NCBI GenBank assembly: GCA_963828255.1
Contig: CAWHDZ010000004.1
Span: 1 to 23,480 of the forward strand
Origin: an uncultured delta proteobacterium
Lineage (GTDB): Bacteria > Myxococcota > Myxococcia > Myxococcales > Anaeromyxobacteraceae
Direction: 5' to 3'
DNA: 23,480 nt
The position numbers and the translations under genes are program-made. This document shows, piece by piece, positions 1 to 8,562 of this stretch (positions within the stretch are counted from its first letter, which is position 1; each line of letters begins with the position of its first letter). The notes beneath the pieces were generated by a model, which was given only the letters and a program-made list of their open reading frames with translations, was not told the DNA's origin and made no database searches.

Positions 1-17
1 ATGGCGGGAAGATTCAT
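1..17 (-). CDS. Possible 5' end of a leftward gene running off the window (MNLPA...)
   Basis: Minus-strand ATG at 17-15 reads ATG AAT CTT CCC GCC. GGAGG lies at 37-33 (long spacing) and a promoter candidate at 108-80 points this way. Only five codons are visible. Confidence 0.35.
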
Positions 18-79
18 GGCGGGAACTGGATGCCTCCGATGTGCGGATGACCCCCCGTGGACCCCTCGGGAGGCGCGGC

Positions 80-108
80 ATACTACTGAACCGGTCCCTC
101 CCCCGCAA
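80..108 (-). promoter_or_regulatory. Sigma70-type promoter candidate TTGCGG-N17-TAGTAT (leftward)
   Basis: Plus strand has CCGCAA at 103-108 and ATACTA at 80-85 with an exact 17-nt spacer. The AT-rich hexamer stands out in GC-rich DNA. Confidence 0.55.
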
Positions 109-117
109 GACGGTGGG

Positions 118-147
118 TTGCCCGGCCCTCCGGGCGCGGTGTACCGT
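118..147 (+). promoter_or_regulatory. Sigma70-type promoter candidate TTGCCC-N18-TACCGT (rightward)
   Basis: TTGCCC at 118-123 and TACCGT at 142-147. It ends 9 nt before GTG 157, implying a near-leaderless mRNA. Confidence 0.4.
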
Positions 148-156
148 CCCCGGTCC

Positions 157-1836
157 GTGCCCTCGACCCCCTTCGCGCCCTTCCGGATCCGCCCCGGGGA
201 CCCTCTTCCCGAGACCGAGAACCACGCCGCCCGGACCCTGGGGGCGCCCCTCGTGGTGGACCCGGCCGAGCCCGCCGCCCCGCGGTTCGCCCCCACGGCC
301 CTGGGCCGGATCGCCGCCGGCAGCGCGGCCGATCGACAGGAGGCCTGCAGGGACGCCGGTGGCCAGGTCTCCGGGACGGCCGGCCACGAGCGGGCCTGCC
401 TGCAGGGCGCCGCACACCGCGCCCGGGTCGTCGCCGGGTGCCGGGCGCTCCTCGATGCCGGCTACGCCGGGGCCCTCCTCGACCGGCCCGACCTGGTGCT
501 CGGCCTGGGGCTCCTCGGCGCCGGCTTCTGCGACGCCTGCCAGGAAGCCTTCCAGGCCGACCTGCGCCGGGAGTACGGCGACCAGGTGGAGCCCTTCGAC
601 TTCCGGCGCATCGCCGCCGACGAGCTGGCCTCCGCCCCGGGGGCGGTGAGCTTTCGAAGGCTCCACTTCGGCCGGGACTTCCTGCGGTTCCGGCTCGACT
701 CGCTGTCCGACGCGGTGGCCGCCTACGCGCTGCCGGTCCGCGACGCCGCCCGGGCGGCGCGGCGCCCCTTCACCCTGGTCGGCCGCTTCGAGCAGGCCGG
801 ACCGGCCCAGTTCCAGGCGGCACGGTTCCTCGACGGCGCGGTGCTTCCCCTGAGCCCGCTCCCCCACCACACCGGCGGCGCCGAGGCCCGCCTCTGGCGC
901 GCCGCCATCGGGACGCGCCGGGTCGCCGCCCAGCTCCCCGCCGGCGCGACGGCCGGGCAGGTCGCCCTCCACGCTGCTGCGCTTGCCGCCACGGGGGTGA
1001 CGGTGGGACTCGAGGAGGGGGAGCGGGCGGTGGCGCTCACGCCCATCCGCGCGCTCCTCTCCGAGCACGCGGCCCGGCGGGAGGGTCGTCCGTTCGAGAA
1101 CCCGGTCGCCGAGTGCCTGGTCTTCTACTCCCCCGAGGCCGACGTGTGGTCGAGCGGCCTGCACCGGCTCGAGTTCGAGGAGGTCGGCGAGATCCTCTCT
1201 CGCCTCCACGTCCAGTGGGACGTGGCCACCGGCGGAAGCCCGCTGCGCCCCGGCTCGGTCCTGGTCCTGCCCCAGCCCATCGGGATGACGCCGGTCGAGG
1301 CCACCGCCGTGACCCGTTTCCTCGAGGCGGGCGGCAATCTCCTGGTCCTCGGTGAGGCGCGTGCCGCCGGGCCGGGCGGCCGCATGCTCCCGCCCTTCCT
1401 GCCGGAAACCAAGGTGGGGCGTTCGAAGGCCACCCGGACCGGGGAGGGTTCGCTCGTGGCGCTCCCCCCGCTCGTCCCGGCGCCGTCGGGCGGATCCCTC
1501 GCCGTGGCGCCGTCGGCCGACCCGGTGGACCGGGCCCTGGCCGCGCTCTCCGGGCGGGGGCGGCGCGCCGTGCAGGTGGTCTCGCCCACGCCGCTTTCGG
1601 TCTCGGTCTGGCGCCCGGCCCGGCGGCTCGACGTCCACGTCTCCTCCCTCGCCGACGGCCCGGTGCGTGGGGCGACGCTGGTGATCTCGACGGAGTTCTC
1701 CGGGTCGGCGCGGCGCGCCCGCTTCCGGGGCGCCGGGGGGATCGACGAGAAGGTCGCGCTCGTCCCGTCGGCGGGTGAGGTCGCCGCCGTCCTGCCGGAG
1801 TTCGTGGGCTACGGCGTTCTCTCGATCGTTCCCTGA
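157..1836 (+). CDS. Glycoside-hydrolase-like protein: TIM-barrel-like region with CxxC plus a beta-galactosidase-trimerisation (GATase-like) domain, about 559 aa
   Basis: The ORF is open from 1, but GTG 157 is preferred because promoter candidates occupy 80-147. Motifs: ACLQG...LLDAGYAGALLDRPD (GH-like barrel strand); GFCDACQEAFQADLRREYG (like the GH42 CxCxxC..AF..WL..KYG segment); LVFYS...LSRLHVQWDV...VLVLPQP...VTRFLEAGGNLLVLG (trimerisation-domain pattern). Start and function are uncertain. Confidence 0.6.
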   Translation: MPSTPFAPFRIRPGDPLPETENHAARTLGAPLVVDPAEPAAPRFAPTALGRIAAGSAADRQEACRDAGGQVSGTAGHERACLQGAAHRARVVAGCRALLDAGYAGALLDRPDLVLGLGLLGAGFCDACQEAFQADLRREYGDQVEPFDFRRIAADELASAPGAVSFRRLHFGRDFLRFRLDSLSDAVAAYALPVRDAARAARRPFTLVGRFEQAGPAQFQAARFLDGAVLPLSPLPHHTGGAEARLWRAAIGTRRVAAQLPAGATAGQVALHAAALAATGVTVGLEEGERAVALTPIRALLSEHAARREGRPFENPVAECLVFYSPEADVWSSGLHRLEFEEVGEILSRLHVQWDVATGGSPLRPGSVLVLPQPIGMTPVEATAVTRFLEAGGNLLVLGEARAAGPGGRMLPPFLPETKVGRSKATRTGEGSLVALPPLVPAPSGGSLAVAPSADPVDRALAALSGRGRRAVQVVSPTPLSVSVWRPARRLDVHVSSLADGPVRGATLVISTEFSGSARRARFRGAGGIDEKVALVPSAGEVAAVLPEFVGYGVLSIVP

Positions 1837-3614
1837 TAGCGGAGAGGCAGCCGAACCGAGAAGGTCGTCCCCCGGTCCGGCTCGCTCGCGACGTCGATGG
1901 CGCCGCCGTGGCGGGACACGATCCCCTGGACGATGGAGAGTCCGAGCCCCACGCCGCGCCCGCCCTCCTTGGTGCTGAAGAAGGGCTCGAAGATGCGCGC
2001 CTGGACCTCGGGCGGCATGCCCTTCCCGTCGTCGGAGACCCGCGCGATCACCTCGTCTCCGAGCCCCTGGAGCGAGAGCGTGACGGTCCCCCCCCGTTCC
2101 GGAAGGGCCTGCGCCGCGTTGGTGATCAGGTTCACGAAGACCTGGAGGAGGCCGGCCCGGCCCCCCAGGATCGTGGGCGCCGGTGCGATCTCCTGGAGCA
2201 CCCGGGCCCGGGCCTCGCGCAGCGCGGGATCGCACATGCGGGCGGCCTGGTCGAGCAGGATGCCCAGGTCGAGCGGCTCGGGGCTGTCGGCGCCGGGGCG
2301 CGCGTAGGTGATGAGGTCGCGCGCCAGCCTCTGGATGCGATCGCCGGCGTCGCGGATGCGGCGCAGCTTCTCGGCGTCGCCGGGGTCGAGCTCGCGGCCC
2401 CTGCGCCGCTCCAGCAGGTGGTCGGAGTAGGTGACCACGGCCACGAGCGGGTTGTTGAGCTCGTGGACGATGCCGGCGGCCAGCTGCCCCACCGCGGCCA
2501 GTCGCTGGAAGTGCTCGGCCCTCCGCTCCATGGCCTTCAGCGCGGTCAGATCCTGGCCGATGGCGATGACGCCCTCCACCTCGCCACCGTGGCCGACGAT
2601 GGGCGCGGTGTTGAAGTGGACGAGCGCCTCCCCTCCTCCCCGGATCGCCAGCCGCGTCTCGAAGCCGGTCACCGCCTCGCCGTCGATGCTGCGCTGCAGG
2701 ACGGCCCGGGTGCGCTCCCGCTCCCCCTCGGGGAGGAGCCCGAGCAGGTCGGCGCCCAGCGCGTCCTCGCCGCCGAGGCGGGTCAGGCGGGAGACGGCCC
2801 GGTTGAAGAGCAGGACGTGATGCTGCCGGTTGGTGACGAGGATGAGGGCGTTGGCGTTCTCGAGCAGCTCCTCCAGATAGTTCTTGAGGAAGGTGAGCTC
2901 CGCCACCGAGCGCAGGTTGCGCAGGCCGAGCGCGGCTGGGTTGGTGACCTGGACGAGGAGCGGCTCGTCGAAGGCCGGGCCGCCCGGGGCGCCCGGAGGG
3001 TACTCCAGGCTCACCACGCCGAAGAGCTGGCTGCCGACGCCGAGGGGGACCGCCACCGAATGGACGCTTCCCACGCAGCAGGGGACGTCCTCGTCCACGA
3101 GCCGCAGGCCGCCCGACTGGAGCGCCGCCTCGGAGAGGCCGCCCTGGCGCACCGCCTCTCCCCGGAGCGACACGGGCGGCGGGCCGCCGTCCACGATCGG
3201 GGCGCTCGCGAGCAGGGACACCTGGGCGAGCGTCTTCGGGTCCACGAGCCGGATGCAATGGGCGCGCCCGGGGAAGAGGGAAGCCAGGGCCCGGGCCAGC
3301 ACCGCGGCGACGTCGTCCTGCGCGTGCGACTGCGCGAGACCCCGGGTCAGGTCGAGGAGCGCGCGGGCCGCGTCCGGGTCGGGCCCCGGCGCCGGGAGGT
3401 CGAGGAGCGCGAGCCAGGGGGCGTCGGCCTCGTTGGCCCCCCGGACCACCTGCCCGGGCCGGAGCAGCGCCTCGAGCTGCTCTCCGGCGCAGGCGCGCGG
3501 CTCGCGACCGACCGAGCGGCCGAAGGCGGGGTTGGCCCTGACGATGCGCCCCCGCTCGACCAGCGCGGCCGGGATGGCGAGGTCCTCGAAGGCGGCGGAG
3601 AGGGGATCGTGCAC
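1809..3614 (-). CDS. Cytoplasmic sensor histidine kinase (degenerate PAS, GAF, PAS, HisKA, HATPase; NtrB-like), 601 aa
   Basis: H-box AGIVHELNNPL, N-box QVFVNLITNAAQA, G1 DDGKGM, F-box IFEPFFSTK, G2 GVGLGL. PAS segment LLENANALILVTN...FNRA...IGQDLT. No transmembrane segment. The 3' end overlaps the convergent plus-strand gene by 28 bp. Confidence 0.92.
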   Translation of the reverse strand: MHDPLSAAFEDLAIPAALVERGRIVRANPAFGRSVGREPRACAGEQLEALLRPGQVVRGANEADAPWLALLDLPAPGPDPDAARALLDLTRGLAQSHAQDDVAAVLARALASLFPGRAHCIRLVDPKTLAQVSLLASAPIVDGGPPPVSLRGEAVRQGGLSEAALQSGGLRLVDEDVPCCVGSVHSVAVPLGVGSQLFGVVSLEYPPGAPGGPAFDEPLLVQVTNPAALGLRNLRSVAELTFLKNYLEELLENANALILVTNRQHHVLLFNRAVSRLTRLGGEDALGADLLGLLPEGERERTRAVLQRSIDGEAVTGFETRLAIRGGGEALVHFNTAPIVGHGGEVEGVIAIGQDLTALKAMERRAEHFQRLAAVGQLAAGIVHELNNPLVAVVTYSDHLLERRRGRELDPGDAEKLRRIRDAGDRIQRLARDLITYARPGADSPEPLDLGILLDQAARMCDPALREARARVLQEIAPAPTILGGRAGLLQVFVNLITNAAQALPERGGTVTLSLQGLGDEVIARVSDDGKGMPPEVQARIFEPFFSTKEGGRGVGLGLSIVQGIVSRHGGAIDVASEPDRGTTFSVRLPLRYQGTIERTP

Positions 3615-3620
3615 CGCCGT

Positions 3621-4793
3621 TCACCCTGCCGTGCGGAAGGCGGTGAGCGCGGCGGCCATGACCTCGCGGACCGGCACGCCGTGCGCCGAGGCGCGGGCCA
3701 GGCAGTCCTCGTACTCGGGGTGCGCCCCCACCGCGACGCCTCCCCGCCGGGCCACCTTCACCCGCACCTCCCCGAAGGCCGTGTCCACCCTCACGAGCTC
3801 CCGCTCGAGCTCGACCCGCTCGACCGGGTGGAGGCGGACTCCCAGGGTGGTGGTCTCGTCGAGGATCACGCGGACCACCGCGTCGCGATGCTCCCCGGCG
3901 ACGAGCGCGCCGAGGAGGATCCCGGGACGCCCCTTCTTCATCGTGAGCGGCGCGGCCCAGGCGTCCTTCGCCCCGGCGGCGAGCGCCGCCTCGATGGCCC
4001 GGGCCACGAGCTGCCCCGGGCAGTCGTCGAGGTTCGTCTCCACGACCCACAGCCCTCCCCGGGCCGCCTCCTCGCCGAGGGTCATGCGCAGCACGTTGGG
4101 CCGGTCGCTCCAGCGCGCCGTGCCCAGGCCGTACCCCACCATGGCCGCGGAGAAGGGCGGGAAGGTGGACGGGTCGGCCACCTCGGCGAGCACGGCCAGG
4201 ATGGCCGCGCCGGTGGGCGTGACCGCCTCCCCCTGCGGGCCGCCCGGCCGCACCGGAACCCCCTTCAGGATCTCGACCACCGCCGGCGGCGGGACCGGGA
4301 GGCGGCCGTGCGCGGTGGAGACGAACCCCTGCCCGAGCTCGGGCGGGGCGCACAGCACCCGCGGCCAGCCCAGGATCTCGAGCACCGCCGCGGCGGCGCA
4401 GACGTCCACGATGGAGTCCACCGCGCCCACCTCGTGGAAGTGCACCCGCTCGAGCGGCACACCGTGGACGCGGGCCTCGGCCCGGCCGATCCGCTCGAAG
4501 ACGGCGCGCGCGGCGGCGCGGGCGCGCGCGGAGAGGCCGCTCCCGTCGATGACGGCGAGGATCCCGGCCAGGTCCCGCTCCGCGGGCGAGGGACCCTCGA
4601 GGAGGACGTCCACGTGGGTGCCTTCGATCCCGCCCGCCTGGGCCCGGGTGGCGACGAGGCGGAAGCCGGGGAGGCGCAACGTGCCGAGCGCACCGTCGAG
4701 GTCGGCGCGCGGCACGCCCATGTCGAGGGCGGCGGCCACGAACATGTCGCCCGCGATCCCGCCCACCGGCTCGAGCAAGAGGATCTTCCCCAT
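3621..4793 (-). CDS. larC: Nickel pincer nucleotide cofactor biosynthesis protein LarC (nickel insertase), about 390 aa
   Basis: Motifs [71 protein letters not shown] 4793 has AAGGGA 5 nt upstream; alternative ATG at 4799. Confidence 0.93.
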   Translation of the reverse strand: MGKILLLEPVGGIAGDMFVAAALDMGVPRADLDGALGTLRLPGFRLVATRAQAGGIEGTHVDVLLEGPSPAERDLAGILAVIDGSGLSARARAAARAVFERIGRAEARVHGVPLERVHFHEVGAVDSIVDVCAAAAVLEILGWPRVLCAPPELGQGFVSTAHGRLPVPPPAVVEILKGVPVRPGGPQGEAVTPTGAAILAVLAEVADPSTFPPFSAAMVGYGLGTARWSDRPNVLRMTLGEEAARGGLWVVETNLDDCPGQLVARAIEAALAAGAKDAWAAPLTMKKGRPGILLGALVAGEHRDAVVRVILDETTTLGVRLHPVERVELERELVRVDTAFGEVRVKVARRGGVAVGAHPEYEDCLARASAHGVPVREVMAAALTAFRTAG

Positions 4794-4803
4794 CCCCATC
4801 CCT

Positions 4804-5547
4804 TCACTGCCGGGCGATGAGCCCGGCCACGAACCCGGCGCCGAATCCGTTGTCCACGTTGACCACCGTGACGTTGGGCGCGCAGGAGTTGAGCATCGTG
4901 AGCAGCGGGGCGATGCCGCCCAGGCTGGCGCCGTAGCCGACCGACGTGGGGAGGCCGATCACGGGCTTCCCGACCAGCCCGCCCACCACGCTGGGGAGCG
5001 CTCCCTCCATCCCCGCCGCGACGATCACGGCCACGGCGCGGTCGAGGTCGGCGCGGCGTGCCAGCAACCGGTGCAGCCCGGCCACGCCCACATCGTAGAT
5101 CCGCAGCACCGGAACGCCCATCACGTCGAGCGTCACCGCCGCCTCCTCGCAGACCGGGACGTCGCTCGTGCCGGCGCAGCAGACCGCCACCGGCCCCCTC
5201 ACCGGGAGGTCCATCCGGCCGCGGGAGAGGGTGCGGGAGACCGGGTCATAGCGGGAGCCGCGCACCGCCCGGCGCGCCGGCCCCGCCTTGGCCGGGTCGA
5301 GCCGGGTGACCAGGAGCGGCCCCCGGGCCGCGAGCTTCCGGGCGATGGCCGCCACCTGCGCGGCGGTCTTGCGCTCGGCCAGCACCACCTCGGGCATCCC
5401 GACCCGCAGCGTGCGGTGGTGGTCGATGGAGGCGTACCCGCCGACCTCCTCGTAGGGCGCGCCCTTGAGCGCCCCCACCACCTCGTCCACGCCGGCGTCC
5501 CCCCGGCGGAGGCGCCCGAGCAGCCGACGCAGCCCCTTCTCGTCCAT
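4804..5547 (-). CDS. larB: Nickel pincer cofactor biosynthesis protein LarB (PurE/AIR-carboxylase-like NaAD carboxylase/hydrolase), 247 aa
   Basis: Motifs [74 protein letters not shown] 5547 overlaps the cheC stop (TGATG). Confidence 0.94.
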   Translation of the reverse strand: MDEKGLRRLLGRLRRGDAGVDEVVGALKGAPYEEVGGYASIDHHRTLRVGMPEVVLAERKTAAQVAAIARKLAARGPLLVTRLDPAKAGPARRAVRGSRYDPVSRTLSRGRMDLPVRGPVAVCCAGTSDVPVCEEAAVTLDVMGVPVLRIYDVGVAGLHRLLARRADLDRAVAVIVAAGMEGALPSVVGGLVGKPVIGLPTSVGYGASLGGIAPLLTMLNSCAPNVTVVNVDNGFGAGFVAGLIARQ

Positions 5548-6137
5548 CAGGGAATCTCCAGGACCCTGGCCAGGCCGTCCAGACGGGCGGGGTCCGGGAG
5601 GAGGAGTAAGGTGCCGATGGTCTCGGGGCACCCCAATCGCACCGCCAGTGCCGGTCCGGCCGCGCCGGGCGCCAGGGTATCGAGGCAGGCCCGGGCGCCG
5701 CCGCGGGTGAGGCGCGGCACGCCGTGGAGCAGCCGCGACTGGATCCGGCCCGCCATCGCCGAGACGAAGGACGACCCGGCGATGTTTCCCATCTCCACGA
5801 GCGCGCTCTCCCCCACCGCGTCGAGCGATCCGGCCGCCGCGTCGGGGACCATCCTCTGGGAGATGAGCTCCGCCTCCTCGGCGGGGAGGAGCAGGACGAG
5901 CCGGCCGCCCAGCGGCTCCTGAAGCTCGATGGCGATGGCCACGAATTCCTGGTCGGGCCGTCCCACCATCCGGACGACGCCCTGCGCGTCGGGCCCCTCG
6001 AGGAAGCGGACCTCGTCGGCCAGGGTGGGCCGGCCGAGGAACTTCCCCACCGCGGCGGCGGCCTGGGTCCCGCCCTGGGCGGCCAGGCGCCGGAGCGCCT
6101 CGAGGACCTCCTCCCTGCGCTGGCTGGAGGGGTTCAT
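5547..6137 (-). CDS. cheC: CheC-family chemotaxis phosphatase (DifG-like), 196 aa
   Basis: SALVEMGNIAGSSFVSAM carries the CheC ExxN motif, with a GRLVLLLP strand. It follows cheA with an ATGA overlap. Confidence 0.85.
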   Translation of the reverse strand: MNPSSQRREEVLEALRRLAAQGGTQAAAAVGKFLGRPTLADEVRFLEGPDAQGVVRMVGRPDQEFVAIAIELQEPLGGRLVLLLPAEEAELISQRMVPDAAAGSLDAVGESALVEMGNIAGSSFVSAMAGRIQSRLLHGVPRLTRGGARACLDTLAPGAAGPALAVRLGCPETIGTLLLLPDPARLDGLARVLEIP

Positions 6138-8095
6138 GCCGCCACCAGGGCCGGGACGTCGATCACGAAGACCGGCCGCCCGTTGCCGAGCACGGTGACG
6201 GCCGACAGCCCGGGAACCAGGGAGAGCGGCCCGTGGAGCGGCTTGAGGACCGCCTCCTCCTGGCCGAGGAGCTGGTCCACGGCCAGGCCGACCCGCCCCG
6301 TTTCACTCTCCGTTATCACGATGGAGCGGCGGCGCCCGTCGGCGGCCGGACCGGTCCCGAGCAGCACCCCCAGGTCGTGCACCGGGACGTGGCCACCGGC
6401 GAAGGCCAGCTGCGGCGCGCCACCGGCCCGGTCGAGCGCCTCGACGTGGGCCTGCGATGCCCCGTGGACCTTGGAGACCGGGATGGCCACCACCTCCTGC
6501 CCCACCCGCACGAGCAGCACCGGCTGCATGGCCACGGTGAGCGGCAGGCGCATCGTGAAGCGGGTTCCCTCGCCCCGCCGGCTCTCGATGGCGAGCGTGC
6601 CGGAGAGCGACTCGACGCTGCGCTTCACCGCGTCCATGCCCACCCCGCGCCCGGAGACGTCGGTGACCTGGCCGGCGGTGGAGACCCCGGGCAGGCAGGA
6701 GAGCAGGAGGGCCTCCGCGTCGGGGAGCGCCGCCGCCGCCTCGGCGCCGATGGCTCCACGCGCCACCGCCGAGCGGCGCAGCGACTCCGGGTCCATGCCC
6801 CGGCCGTCGTCCGAGACCTCCAGGATCACCCGGTCCCGCTCCCGCCGCGCCGACACCTCGATGCGCCCGGTGGGGCGCTTGCCGGCGGCGATCCGTTGCG
6901 CGGCGGTCTCGATGCCATGGTCCACGGCGTTCCGGAGGAGGTGCAGGACCGGGTCGGAGATCTCGTCGAGCAGCGCCCGGTCCACCTCGATCTCGGAGCC
7001 GGTCACCACCACGTCCACCTGCTTCCCGGTGCGGCGGGCCAGGTCGCGCGCCGCCCGGGGGAGCCGGTCGGAGAGGCCGGTGAGCGGGGTCATGCGCGCC
7101 GACATCACCCGCCCGTGCAGTTCCTTGGCGATGGCCTGGAGCCTGTCGAGCCCTTCCTCGTGGGCGCGCCGGCCGGCCTCTGGCATGGCCCGTCCCAGCT
7201 CGCGAAGGCGGGCGGTGGCGAGGAGGAGCTCGCCCGACACGTCGAGGAACTCGTCGAGCATCTCGGCGCGGACCCGCACGGTGCGGGGCGCCTCGCCGGG
7301 CCCTTCCGGCCTCGGCGGCATCTTCGGGGGAGGGGTGGGCGCGGGCTCCGCCACCTCCTGGACCTGGATCCGTCCGAGGTCGGCGATCTGGGCCAGCGTT
7401 CGCTCGACCTCGGCGGCCGGCTGGTCGGTCTCGACCTCCACGGTGAGCTTCCGGCCCGGCATCTGGCCGGCCCGCAGCTCCGCCGCGCCCGGGCTGGCCC
7501 TGACGATCCGGCCCGCGCCCTCGAGCCGCTTCAGGACGAGGAAGCCGCGCACCGCGGGAACCGGGCTCGCCTCCACGACCTCGACGTCCACGCGGAGGCG
7601 GCGCGTCCCCCCGGCGGGGATCGCCTCCGGGGAGGGCCCGGCTGGCGCCGGGGAGGGTGCGGCGGAGGGAGGCGCGGCGACGATCGCGGTCGCTCCCCGC
7701 AGCCGGGTCGACGCCGCCAGGAGCCGCTCGGCCAGCGGCTCGGGGGCGGCCGGCGTGCCCCCGGCCCCGGCCTCCTTCACCATCTCGGAGAGGGCGTCGG
7801 TGACGTTGAGCAGCAGGTCCACCACCTCGGCGGAGGGCGCGGTCCCGAGGGCGCGGACCACCCCCACCACGTCCTCGGCCCGGTGGGCGAGCAGCGCGAT
7901 GCCCTCCTGCTGCATGGCGGCGGCCATGCCCTTCAGGCTGTGGACGTGGCGGAAGAGCTCGTCCACGACCGCGGCCGGGACCTCGCCTGCGCCGCCCGAC
8001 TTCTCGAGCCGCACCAGCCCGGCGGAGAGGGCGTCGAGGTGCTCCCGCGACTCGGAGACGAAGAGCGCCAGGTATTTCGAGAGGTCCCAGTTCAC
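6134..8095 (-). CDS. cheA: Chemotaxis histidine kinase CheA (DifE-like; Hpt, P2, dimerisation, HATPase, CheW domains), 653 aa
   Basis: Hpt ELFRHVHSLKGMA, TVRVRAEMLD, HLLRNAVDHGIE, DDGRGMD, VTDVSGRGVGMDAVK, FTMRLPLT, and a C-terminal CheW-like domain. No receiver domain. Confidence 0.96.
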   Translation of the reverse strand: MNWDLSKYLALFVSESREHLDALSAGLVRLEKSGGAGEVPAAVVDELFRHVHSLKGMAAAMQQEGIALLAHRAEDVVGVVRALGTAPSAEVVDLLLNVTDALSEMVKEAGAGGTPAAPEPLAERLLAASTRLRGATAIVAAPPSAAPSPAPAGPSPEAIPAGGTRRLRVDVEVVEASPVPAVRGFLVLKRLEGAGRIVRASPGAAELRAGQMPGRKLTVEVETDQPAAEVERTLAQIADLGRIQVQEVAEPAPTPPPKMPPRPEGPGEAPRTVRVRAEMLDEFLDVSGELLLATARLRELGRAMPEAGRRAHEEGLDRLQAIAKELHGRVMSARMTPLTGLSDRLPRAARDLARRTGKQVDVVVTGSEIEVDRALLDEISDPVLHLLRNAVDHGIETAAQRIAAGKRPTGRIEVSARRERDRVILEVSDDGRGMDPESLRRSAVARGAIGAEAAAALPDAEALLLSCLPGVSTAGQVTDVSGRGVGMDAVKRSVESLSGTLAIESRRGEGTRFTMRLPLTVAMQPVLLVRVGQEVVAIPVSKVHGASQAHVEALDRAGGAPQLAFAGGHVPVHDLGVLLGTGPAADGRRRSIVITESETGRVGLAVDQLLGQEEAVLKPLHGPLSLVPGLSAVTVLGNGRPVFVIDVPALVAA

Positions 8096-8118
8096 CTTGG
8101 GTCACACCGCCCGACCGG

Positions 8119-8487
8119 TCAGCCGTCGCCCAGGACCTTCTTCACCACCGCGATCACGTCCTCGGACTTGAACGGCTTGACGATGAAGTCGCTGGCGCCG
8201 GCCTCGATGGCTTCCATCACCAGGGCCTCCTGCCCGAGCGCGCTGCACATGATCACCACCGCCCGGGGATCGACCTTGACGATCTCGCGGGTGGCCTCGA
8301 TTCCGCTCTTGAAGGGCATCACGATGTCCATGGTGGTCAGGTCGGGGCGGAGCTCGCGAAACTTCTCCACCGCCTCGAGGCCGTTGGCGGCCTCGCCCAC
8401 CACCTGGAAGCCGCCGCTCGTGAAGATGTCGCGGATCATGTTCCGCATGAAGACCGCGTCGTCGACGATGAGGACTTTCTTCGGCAT
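8119..8487 (-). CDS. cheY: Single-domain response regulator CheY (DifD-like), 122 aa
   Basis: MPKKVLIVDDAVFMR, phosphoacceptor in TMDIVMP, MCSALGQ, FIVKPF. ATG 8487 fits the receiver-domain N-terminus. Confidence 0.94.
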   Translation of the reverse strand: MPKKVLIVDDAVFMRNMIRDIFTSGGFQVVGEAANGLEAVEKFRELRPDLTTMDIVMPFKSGIEATREIVKVDPRAVVIMCSALGQEALVMEAIEAGASDFIVKPFKSEDVIAVVKKVLGDG

Positions 8488-8498
8488 TCGCGGACCTG

Positions 8499-8514
8499 GC
8501 TCCCTTCCGGGAGC
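8499..8514 (-). promoter_or_regulatory. GNRA-tetraloop hairpin GCUCCC-GGAA-GGGAGC in the cheY leader
   Basis: Perfect 6-bp stem with a GGAA loop in mRNA sense. The 3' arm contains the SD-like GGGAG. Confidence 0.45.
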
Positions 8515-8533
8515 GTCGAGAAGGGGAAGGGTC

Positions 8534-8562
8534 AAGGTATCATGGCGCGCGCTGGCCGGCAC
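8534..8562 (-). promoter_or_regulatory. Internal promoter candidate GTGCCG-N17-TACCTT with extended -10 TGn, upstream of cheY
   Basis: Minus strand reads GTGCCG gccagcgcgcgccaTGa TACCTT. The TG motif is part of the cheW stop codon. Confidence 0.35.

Noticed and set aside
1..156. N-terminal extension of the first ORF from ATG 1 or 16
   Set aside because: Pro-rich, non-domain-like translation across a region better explained as a divergent promoter region.
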